A DNA stretch of 64,000 nt from NCBI GenBank assembly GCA_963844715.1, contig CAWJPJ010000001.1, forward strand, positions 79,967-143,966, written 5' to 3'. Positions within the stretch are counted from its first letter, which is position 1, and every line of letters begins with the position of its first letter. The stretch comes from an uncultured Phycisphaerales bacterium. Lineage in GTDB: Bacteria > Planctomycetota > Phycisphaerae > Tepidisphaerales > Tepidisphaeraceae. Below, one piece after another: positions 32,566-43,100 of this stretch. A model generated the notes under the pieces. It saw only the letters and a list, made by a program, of their open reading frames with translations. It was not told the DNA's origin and did not search any database. A program made the position numbers and the translations under genes.

Positions 32566-35219
32566 CAGATGCCCATAATCATCCGCAGGGAAATCCCATG
32601 ATTGCAAAGATCATCGAATTGTCAATCCGCAATAAGTTCATGGTTCTCCTGCTGACGGCAATGCTTGTCGTGGCGGGGATCTGGGCGACGATCCATATCA
32701 GCTTGGACGCTGTGCCCGACCTGTCCGATGTTCAAGTGATCGTCACTACCGATTATCCAGGCCAAGCCCCTGACGTTGTGGAAGATCAAGTCACCTATCC
32801 GCTGACGACCGCCATGATGGGCATTCCTCACGCCAAGGTAGTGCGCGGCATCAGCATGTTTGAGCAGTCGTTCATCTACATAATCTTCGATGACGGCACC
32901 GACCTGTATTGGGCGCGCAGCCGGGTGCTGGAATACCTCAACTTCGTGAAGGACCGGCTTCCGGCCGGCGTCGAGCCGAAGTTGGGGCCTGACGCGACGG
33001 GCGTCGGATGGGTTTACCAATACGTCCTGTACCCCGGCTACTACAGCCCCGATCATCCCAACGGGATTTGGCATGATGAGTCGAACAACAAGTGGTATGC
33101 GGATCCGAGCCAGGCCTCCTCAGATCGCAGAGCGTCGCTGGTCAAGGTACGGGCGTTCGAAAAGCCCGGCCTATGCCCCCTCGACGGCAAGCCGCTTGTT
33201 CCTTCCAACCAGGATTTGGCGAGCCTGCGCAGTCTTCAGGATTGGTATTTGCGCTATCAGCTCACGGCCGTGCCGAATGTCGCCGAAGTCGCGTCGATCG
33301 GCGGCTTCGTCAAGGAATATCAGGTCGTGCTCAAGCCCGAGCGTCTGCTGGCGTACAAACTTCCCGTCAGCACGATCATGACCGCGATTCAGCGCTCCAA
33401 CAATGATGTTGGCGGATCGGTCATCGAGATGAGCGAAAACGAGTACATGGTCCGCAGCCGTGGGTATCTCAAAGGATTGGAAGACTTGGCGGATGTCCCG
33501 GTCGGCGTCGGCAAGGACGGCACGCCAATCATGCTCTCGGACGTGGCCACGCTACAGATCGCCGGCGAGGAACGGCGCGGCGTGGGCGAATGGAACGGCG
33601 ACGGCGAGGCCGTGGGCGGCGTGGTCATCGCGCGCTTCGGCGCCAACGCCTATCAAGTCATTCAGGACGCCAAGGCTAAGCTCGCCGATCTGGAAAACGG
33701 CCTGCCGCCCGGCGTCGTGATTAAAACGGCATACGACCGCTTCGATTTGATCGAGCGCGCCGTTCACACGCTGCGGCACACCCTACTTGAGGAAATGCTT
33801 GTCGTCGCGCTGGTGTGCGTATTCTTTCTGTTGCACGCGCGCAGCTCCCTCGTGGCGATCTTCGTCATTCCCAGCAGTATGCTCATCAGTCTATTGGCGA
33901 TGCACCTCCTGGGCATCAACGCCAACATCATGAGCCTGGGCGGAATCGCCATCGCCGTCGGCGTGGTGGTGGACAGCGCGATCATCATGGTTGAGAACGC
34001 CCACAAGCATCTCAATCACGAAGAAGAGCGCGTCCGTGCCGGCGAGCCGTCGCGCCCGCGCAACGACATCATCATGGACGCGGCCAAAGAGGTCGGACCC
34101 AGCCTATTTTTCAGTCTTCTAATCATCACGGTCAGTTTCATGCCGGTGTTCGTTCTCGGCGGGGAAAGTGGTCGGCTGTTCAAGCCGCTCGCCTTCACCA
34201 AAACGTTCGCCATGGCGTCCGCATCGGTGTTGTCGATCACGATCATCCCGGTGCTCATGGTTTATTTCATCACGGCTCGCACGTTGCCCAAGGCGTGGGG
34301 CCGGAAGACAAATCTGTTCATTACGCTCGCGGCGATTTTAATTCCGGCCGGTCTGTTGTATTGGCTGCCGCGTCTTGAGCCGGATTTGCAACCGTATCGC
34401 TGGTGGATGGCGGGCGGCTGGGGGCTTCTGGCGGCAATGGTGCTCGTGCCGCAGAAGATCATCCACGAAGAACGAAGTCCGATCAGTTACACATTGCAGA
34501 AGGTCTATAACCCATTCTTCTGGGCGGCGATGAAATTCCGCTGGGTGGTGTTGGTCCTGGCTCTAGCGTTCATGGCTTCCGCCGTCTGGCCGCTCATGCG
34601 GCTCGGCAGCGAATTCATGCCGCCGCTGGACGAGGGCGATCTGCTCTACATGCCGACTACCGATCCAAGTATCAGCGTCACGAAAGCACGGCAGGTCCTC
34701 CAGCAGACCGACAAACTCATCAAGACCTTTCCCGAAGTCGTCAGCGTTTACGGGAAGATCGGCCGCGCCGACACCGCGACCGACCCTGCTCCGCTGGACA
34801 TGATTGAAAGTGTCACTCGCTTGCAGACGGACCCGAGCAAATGGCGTAAGCGGAAGATGAGCTATTTCTTCGATACCTGGCCGTCCACCCTCCGCTGGCC
34901 TTTCGAGCACACATTCTGGCCGCACGAGCGCAAAATCACCATGGATGAACTGGTCTACGGCTGGCAGGACCCAGACGGGACCGACCATCCCGGCTTGAAT
35001 GCGGTCGTGACCGAGCCGGGCGTTGCCAATGCCTGGCCGATGCCCATCGAGAACCGCACAAACATGCTTTCCACCGGCATCAAGACGCCGGTGGGAATCA
35101 AGATAATGGGGCCCGACCTGCAAGTGCTGGCGGATTTGGCCGAGAAGGCTTCGACGATCATGCTCACCGTTCCCGGCACGACCAGCGCGTATCCTGAACG
35201 ATCCTTCGGCGGTTATTAC

Positions 35220-36058
35220 CTAGGGCCTGTCTGATGAATCCAAAATCCTGAAATAGCGACGGATCATGGCGAGCTTGGCCATGGCCTGAAAGTTCACCGC
35301 CAGTTTCTCGTAACGCGTGCCCAGGCGGCGATTCTCCTTCATCCAATTCACGCAACGCTCCACCACGTTCCGTCGGCGATACGCCTTGCGATCAAAGTTC
35401 TCCTGCGGCGGCTGATTCGATTTCGCCGGGATCACCGCTTGGATTCGGTGGCGACGCAGCCATCGCCGCACATTTCCGTAACTGTATCCCTTGTCGCCCG
35501 CCAGCCTCCTGGGGCGACGACGGCGGCGACCGATGCGCATCGCGTTCATCACCGGCTCCACGTACCGGCTCTCGTGGCATTGGCCGGCGCTGGCCTCGAC
35601 GGCGAGCGGAACTCCCTGGCCGTCAGTAACCAGGTGGAGCTTGCTGCCCCACCCGCCTCGGCTGCGGCCCAACGCGTGATCCGCCGGTTCTTCCGGGGCG
35701 GTTTTGATTTTCTGGCTCCGGCGGCGGATCGACTGGCTCGCACATTGGTGCCGTCGATGCACCACAGGTCCCAGTCGATTCGTCCTTGCTTGTCCAACCT
35801 CATCTGCAGCCGCTGGAGGATTCGATCAATCGTTCCGTCCTTTCTCCAGCGGTTGAAGCGGTCGTAGACGCTTTGCCATCTGCCGTAACGTTCGGGCATC
35901 TCGCGCCATTGAGCGCCCGAGTGCAGAATCCAGAACATGCCGTTGAGCGTGGTGCGGTGGTCGTTCCACTGCCCGCCGCGCTTGCCGTTGCCGGGCAGCA
36001 GATCGCCGATCAACTCGTACTGCTCATCCGTGAGCTCATAACGTCGCATCCGTGACAC
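35220..36058 (-). CDS. IS5-family transposase in two overlapping frames
   Basis: GAQWREMPERYG.W..VY.RF.RW; GRSRGG..SKLH, LAGDKGY, YRRRNVVER, RRLGTRYEK. Confidence 0.92.
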
Positions 36059-36108
36059 CTCGTCTGAAAACCGCTATTTATAACTAAAAGCGATTCATCA
36101 GACAGGCC
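35224..36108 (-). mobile_element. IS5-family (IS427-like) insertion sequence, 885 bp
   Basis: 17-bp terminal inverted repeats GGCCTGTCTGATGAATC/GATTCATCAGACAGGCC; CTAG duplicated at 35220-35223 and 36109-36112. Confidence 0.95.
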
Positions 36109-37111
36109 CTAGATATCGACGTCAACCGCCAGCAAGCCGCACGCTACGGGCTGACCACCGGCGATGTGCAGGACGTCATCAGCACGAACCTCGGCGGAAT
36201 GAAGACGACGACCGCCGTTGAAGGGCTGGAACGCTATCCGGTGAACATTCGCTATGCCCGCGATCTCCGAGACGATCCGTCGGCCATCAAGGAAGTCCTT
36301 GTCCCGACGCCGACCGGCGCTCAAATTCCGCTCGGTGAACTCGCCACGGTCAAGATCGATCCTGGCCCACCGATGATCAAGAGCGAAAACGCCCGGCGTA
36401 CCGCCTGGATATTCGTGGATATGTCGGGGCGCGATATCGGCAGCTTCATCGCAGATGCGCAGGCCGCCATTCAGCAAAAACTTCAATTGCCCGCTGGATA
36501 CACGCTCGTCTGGTCGGGCCAATTCGAGAACATCCAGCAAGCCGACGCACAATTGAGATGGGCCGTTCCGCTCACATTTATCATCATTGTCATGTTGCTC
36601 TATGCCGCCACGAGAAGCTGGTTCAGGGTCGGCGTTGTATTGCTGGCGGTGCCGTTCAGTCTCGTCGGGGCAATCTGGTTCCTCTACCTGCTCGGTTACA
36701 ACATGAGCCTGGCAGTGTGGATCGGAATCATCGCCCTGGCCGGACTCGATGCCGAAACGGGTTTGGTGATGCTGCTGTACCTCGACAATAGTTACGAGCG
36801 GTTCAAGACCGAGGGAAGGATGCGGACTCGCGCGGACCTGTGGCAGGCCGTCTATGACGGCGCGGTGAAGCGAATCCGACCCAAGACCATGACGGTCGCC
36901 GCGGCGTTCATCGGCTTAGTTCCGCTGCTCTGGGCGACCGGAACCGGGGCTGATGTCATGCGGCGGCTTGCCGCCCCAATGCTTGGCGGACTATTCACCA
37001 GCTTCCTGATGGAACTGCTGATTTATCCAATCATCTTTTATGTGGCAAAAGGAATTGGATTGGGGCAGAAACCAACGGTGACAGAGCCTCAGGTCATGCT
37101 GGAGGGCATTC

Positions 37112-38486
37112 ATGCCTAATTTCATATCTGTTTTTCGGCTGATGATTGTCATGGTGCTGGTGGGATTGGCCGGCTGCACCGTCCACCCTCCGGGCGAACG
37201 CGAAGAACGCGACGCGGCACTGCGAACAGGCAAGCCGTTCGACAAGCCATTCGAAGCCCGCCCAACTGCATTACTGCCGGAAAACCCAACACCAGATCAA
37301 TTGGTGGAATACGCGTTGCTGAACGACGCGGAATTGGAGCAGCGCTATTGGGAATGGCGGTCGGCAATCGAGCAGATTCCACAGGACGGCACGCAATCCA
37401 CGACTTTCAACCTCATGGCCGGAACAAACATCGCCAATGAGCGCGCCAGTTGGGGAAGCAGCACAGTGGCATTGTCCAACGACCCCATGACCGACATCAA
37501 GTGGCCAGGCAAGTTGGATGCTGCGGCCAAGCAAACGCTGGAGAATGCGCGTGCTGCGGGTCGGCGTTTCATCAAGGCGAAATACGACCTCCGGAATAAG
37601 GTGCTCAGTGCTTACTACGACTACGCATTGAACGCGGAACTGATTCGTTTGGAACGAAGCAATCAACAATTGCTCGAGACGACAGCAACAGTCACCGAAG
37701 CCCGAAACCGTGCCGGCAGTTCCGGCCAGGAAGACGTGCTGAAAGCGGACAACGAAGTGGATATGTCAGGCAACGACATCGCCAATATGGAATCGCAGTT
37801 GCCGAGCCAGCGCGCGGCGATCAACGCGCTCATGAGTCGTCCAGTAGATGCTCCATTGCCCGTGCCGACAGAATTGCCCCGGGCGCGATCACTGGCATAT
37901 GCGGACGGGGAACTGGTTGAATTGGCCGCGAAACAAAATCCCGAACTCATTGCCCTCGCGGATGAGATACGAGGTCGTGGCGAAGGGATACGGCTCGCCA
38001 AACTTCAATACGTGCCCGATTTCAACCTGAGCCTTGGAACAGACCTGATGGGCGTCACGCAGTCGGTGTTGGGCCAAGCGACGATTCCGATCTTTAGGTA
38101 CGAAACGCTCAATGCCGCTATAGCGCAGGCCGAGGCCAACCTTCGCGCTTCTGAAGCGATGCGCCGCCAAGCCGGGAATGACTTGGCGGCACGGGTGGTT
38201 TTGGACATCAGGATCATTCAAGACTCCGACCGTCAACTTGATTTATTCGAGCACACGATCCTCCCGCACGCCCGAGAGGTCGTAAATGTCGGCCGGTCCG
38301 CATATGAGGCAGGTCTGCGCCACACTGCTCGATCTCCTGGGCGATCACCGGTCATTGATCGCCCTTGAACGTTTCGTTGCCAATCTTAGAATTGCTCGGG
38401 AAAAGCATCTTTCGGATCTTGAGTCGATCACGGCCAGTGACCTATCAGATCGGCATCTGGGAAATGCTCAAGCCGCTGTTCATTAA
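37112..38486 (+). CDS. TolC/CusC-family outer membrane efflux lipoprotein (frameshift near 38315)
   Basis: LAGC lipobox, WPGKL, A..QNPEL helical repeats; last gene of the RND operon. Confidence 0.85.
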
Positions 38487-38496
38487 TGCTTCGGAA

Positions 38497-38788
38497 GGTT
38501 GGTTTCCGTCGAAGACTCGGAGAGCGAAGTATACGTGAAGCGTCCCCGGGCGCACAATTCATGCGACGAGCCGCGACACGCAAAATGATGGATTTCCCGA
38601 GCCTTAAGCGGATCGGTTCCGCACGCCGCGCCGGATCAAACCGATCGCCGCCAGGCCGCCCAGCATGCCCAGACCCGCCCAATCAGCCGCCGGAAGAGGA
38701 ACCGCCGTCGATCCGCCGCCCGTTCCGGTGCCGGTCGGATTGAAGAAATCGAAATAGGTCCAGTCGAGAAGATATGTATTTTCCGAAG
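38497..38788. repeat. Right copy of the 292-bp direct repeat (3' end of lectin gene plus downstream DNA)
   Basis: Aligns without gaps to 30253-30544. Confidence 0.92.
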
Positions 38789-39491
38789 AAGCCCCGTCGG
38801 CGGAAGTAAACCCGGCAAACGCGTTGGACTGCCCAAGAACGTCCGGAATATTCACCGCATACGTGAGCAGCGGGGTCGTCGGCTTGACCGTTGTATTCGC
38901 ATCCACGGCATACACGCTCAAATCCGATCCGTTGTAATCGATCCATGCCGTCCAGATGGTGCCGTTGTCGAATTGCGTCGGCACATTCGTCTGTCCGCCG
39001 GGGAAATCGCCGTTGTCGATATCACCGTCCGTCGCCACGCCGATGTAATTTGAACTGGGATCGTTGTTCGCCGTGTTCTGAAACGTATCAAATTTCACCG
39101 CCACGCTCGGCGTGATCCCCTGATATCCGATCCCCTCGCCCGCCTCCCCCGCGCTGGAGCTTTCCGTCTGCACGGTAAAGACCAGTCCGTCCGCTCCCAC
39201 CTGCGTCCCGTCGCTGATCCCGACCGGGTCATTCATGCGCCACTGAAAGCTCGTGCTGAATCCCGTAGCCGCCTGAAGCTGCGTCGTGCTGAAGACGGTC
39301 CCGAAGACGAAACTCCCGCCGCTCGGCTGAAGCTCCAAAACGTTCGTATCCCCGGCCCCATCGTTGGCGACTTGCTCAGTGAAGCCGTTGAGGGTCAGCC
39401 CCGATGTGCTCGCAAAGTTATTAAAAGTAACGGTAGTGGCTGAAGCCACGGAGGCGGCCAACACTCCCGCCGCGAACGCGAGAAGACGCAT
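38604..39491 (-). CDS. L-type (legume) lectin domain surface protein with VPLP/PEP-CTERM-type sorting tail
   Basis: Signal peptide; FSTSFQW, GADGLVF, GIGY, SVAVKFDTF, AWIDYNG, GFTSA; VPLPAA, TM helix, RR. Confidence 0.85.
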   Translation of the reverse strand: MRLLAFAAGVLAASVASATTVTFNNFASTSGLTLNGFTEQVANDGAGDTNVLELQPSGGSFVFGTVFSTTQLQAATGFSTSFQWRMNDPVGISDGTQVGADGLVFTVQTESSSAGEAGEGIGYQGITPSVAVKFDTFQNTANNDPSSNYIGVATDGDIDNGDFPGGQTNVPTQFDNGTIWTAWIDYNGSDLSVYAVDANTTVKPTTPLLTYAVNIPDVLGQSNAFAGFTSADGASSENTYLLDWTYFDFFNPTGTGTGGGSTAVPLPAADWAGLGMLGGLAAIGLIRRGVRNRSA

Positions 39492-40115
39492 GAGTCCCTT
39501 CCTTCCTGAAGTACACCGACAAGAATCCCGGCTAAACACCCAACGCCGGAGAGATGAACGACGCGAAAATAATCGAAACGAGCGAATCCGTCCAACTAAA
39601 ACTTACGCACCCGCCCCCGAGAATTGTTTAGCACCAACTTATTAAAATGCATTCTCGCCCCGCGTTCCGACCGGTCGCCCGAATTGGAGCTATGGAGAAT
39701 TAAGGAGGACAAGGCAACGTCTATGCATATCCGGATTAATGCACCTATTCGCTTGCGGCAAAAGGGAATAACCCCCGCGCCGCTCCCATTTATGGTTCGA
39801 ACCGCAGAAATAGTGCGTGAGAGATTATCCACTTGTCTCGCAGTACATTTGCAACTGTCTATCAGTCCTAGATTTAAGTCCCACGACGTACCAAACGGCA
39901 AATCCCGGCAATCCCCAATTGAGCCAATGAAAAACCCCAATTTTTCTGTTGAGATTCGCCGCAGGCGGTGTAGCTTACCCCTCGTGCCGATCACCTCGGC
40001 GCCGGCGGATAAGTAACTTCCCGGGATGGGCAACCCCGGGTCGGTTTTTGTGCCCGTTTGAGCCATCGGAGGGCCTGGCTGTTCCGGCAGCGGATGGGCG
40101 GAGGGCTTTAAAAAC

Positions 40116-43100
40116 GTGAAATTCGGAAAAAAGAGCCGCCGCGCGGAATCTATCGGCGCGTCTATCTGGTCGGCCAAGCCTGCGCTTCAAACCCAGCATT
40201 GAAACCCTTGAATCGCGCATCTTGCTCAGCACATACATTACCGATCCTTTTTCGGAGCATCTTGCCGCGCATCAGTCCGTGGGCACGCCGACGATCATCG
40301 ATCTCGGCGTCGTGCCTCAGGTCTCCGCCGACAGCCTGTCCGCTCCCTTCAATCCCAGCCAGATTCGCCAGGCGTATGGCGTGGATCAGATCTCCTTCAA
40401 CGGCACCGCCGGCACCGGGGCCGCACAAACCATCGCCATCGTCGATGCCTACAGCGACCCGGACATCATCTCCGACGCCAACGCCTTCAGCTCGAACTTC
40501 GGCTTGCCGCAGTTCAACGGCTCCGGCGAACCGACGCTCACCGTCCTGAATCAAGACGGCGGCACCTCTCTCCCCGGCACCCCGACGCCCGGAACCTGGG
40601 ACGCCGAGGAATCTCTCGACGTCGAATGGGCCCACGCCATGGCGCCCGACGCCAACATCATCCTCTTCGAGGCCAACACCAACTCCACCACCAATCTCTT
40701 CAAAGCCGTCAGCGAAGCCGCCGATTACGCCGGCGTTTCCGTCGTCTCGATGAGCTGGGAAAATTCCGAAGTTTCCGGCGAAACTTCCCTCGACTCCGAC
40801 CTCACCACTCCCAAGGGACATCAAGGCGTCACCTTCGTCGCGTCCACCGGCGACGTCGGCGGGCAGACCGATTATCCGTCCACGTCGCCCAACGTCCTGG
40901 CGGTCGGCGCGACCAGCCTCACCATCAACAGCGACGGCTCCTACGGCTCCGAATCCGCCTGGGCCGACGGCGGCGGCGGAGTCAGCCAGTACGAATCGCA
41001 GCCGAGTTACCAAACCGGCAATGTCAATGGCGCCAGCACCACCAACCGCACCGTCCCGGACGTTTCCATCGACGGCGACCCGAACACCGGCGTCTATCTC
41101 CTCGACACTTTCGACAACGCCTCCTACCAGGAAGCCGGTGGCACCAGTCTTGCCGCGCCGATGTGGGCCGGCCTCATCGCCGATGCCGATCAGGGCCTGG
41201 CCCTCAAGGGAGACGGCACGCTCAACGGCGCAACGCAAACCCTCCCCGATCTCTACAACCTTCCCAGCTCCGATTTCCACGACATCACAACCGGCAGCAA
41301 CGGCTTCCCCGCGACAACCGGATACGACCTGGCCACGGGTTTGGGGACTCCCATCGCCAATCTTCTCGTCCCCGCATTGGCCGGCTATTCCACGACTTCG
41401 ACCGCGTCGAGCCTCGTCTTCACCCAACAGCCCAGCAACGTAACCGCCGGAAACTCCATCGGCCCCTCCGTCGTCGTGAAAATCGAAGACCAGGACGGCA
41501 ACGTACTCAGCGATGACAACTCCGACGTGACGTTTAGCGTCAACAGCGGCCCGGGATCGCTCGTGGGCACCCCCGTCACCGTCCAGGCCGTCGACGGCGT
41601 CGCGACATTCAGCAATCTCGTCCTCGACACTGCCGGCAATTACACCCTCAAGGCTTCCGACTCGACCGACTCACTCAGCAATTTCGCTTCCAGCAGCTTC
41701 ACCGTCTCCCCCGCCGTGGCGGAGCAACTCGTCTACTCCAGGAACCCTTCAAGCGGCACAGCCGGGACGGCGCTCTTCTTCCGTCGCACTGACCATCGAA
41801 GATCAATTCAACAACGTCGAAACCGGAGATACCTCCAGCGTGTCGATCTCCGCCAGCGGTCCGGGATCGCTGACCGGCAGCTCCACGACGACCGTCAGCG
41901 CCGTCAAAGGCGTGGCGACATTCAGCAATCTCGTCCTCGATACGTCCGGGTCTTATACGCTCAGTGCAACGGATTCATCGGATAGCCTCAGCAGCGGCGC
42001 ATCGAACAGCTTCTCAGTCTCTCCCGCAGCCGCGAATAAATTGGTCTTCACAACCGAACCCTCCGCCGGCACGGCAGGCGTCGCCCTCTCCTCCGTTGGC
42101 GTCACCATCGAAGATCAATTCGGGAATATCGAGACAGGGGACTCAAGCAGCGTAACCATCGCCGCCTCCGGACCCGGGCCGCTCACCGGTTCCTCGACGA
42201 CCAGCGCATCGGCCTCCAAAGGCGTCGCGAACTTCAGCAATCTCGTCCTCGATACCGCCGGCAGCTACACGCTGAAGGCCTCGGATAGTTCGGATACTCT
42301 GAGCAATTTCGCGTCCAGCAGTTTCAGCATCTCCCCCACAACGGCGTCGAAGATCGTCTTCACCAGCCAACCCACAAGCGGCACCGCCGGAACGGCCCTC
42401 GCCTCGGCGAATCTCAGCATCGAGGACCAGTTCGGCAACGTCGAAACCGGCGACACAACCAGCGTCACCATCGCCGCAACCGGACCTGGTCCGCTGACGG
42501 GCTCTTCCACGGCCAGCGTCAACGCCGTGGACGGCGTGGCGAAGTTCACCAATCTCCTCCTCGACACCGCCGGCAGTTACACCCTTAAGGCGACCGACGC
42601 CACAGACAGCCTCACCAGCGCGGCATCCACCAGCTTCACTGTCTCCCCCGCCGCCGCCACGCAGCTTCTTTTCACCACCAACCCGATCAGCGGAACCGCT
42701 GGCACGGCGCTCGCATCCGTCGCGCTCACCATCGAAGATCAATTCGGCAACGTCGAGACCGGCGACAATTCAACCGTTACAGTCACCGCCGCCGGACCCG
42801 GATCGCTCGTCGGTTCGCCCGTCGGCGTCAGCGCATCCAAAGGCATCGCGACATTCAGCGATCTCGTCCTCGACACGGCCGGTAGCTACACGCTCAAAGC
42901 CACCGACAGCTCCGACAGCCTGACCAGCGCGGCGTCCAATTCGTTCAGCGTCTCCCCCGCCTCAGCCTCGCGCGTGATCTTCAGCGCCCAGCCGGTCGGC
43001 ACAACCGCCGGAGACGCGTTGGCGTCCGTGTCTCTGACGATCGAGGATCAATTCGGAAATACCGAAACCGGCGACACCAGCAGCGTGTCGATTGCCGTCA

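Larger units (their letters stand above)
32598..37119 (+). pseudogene. cusA: CusA/CzcA heavy-metal RND transporter interrupted by IS5 at 35224-36108
   Basis: DAVPDLSDVQVIV, YWARSRVLEYL, LGPDATGVGW, LQDW; GYYL|DID is restored when the IS is removed; RIRPKTMT, GTGADVM in the 3' part. Confidence 0.92.

Noticed and set aside
30253..38788. Repeat pair as the template/variable repeats of a diversity-generating retroelement
   Set aside because: No reverse transcriptase in the window, substitutions are not adenine-specific, and the repeat covers mainly the sorting tail and non-coding DNA.
39500..40110. Riboswitch or small gene in the lectin-S53 intergenic region
   Set aside because: No recognisable consensus, and the ORFs there have no motifs; an Rfam scan would be needed.
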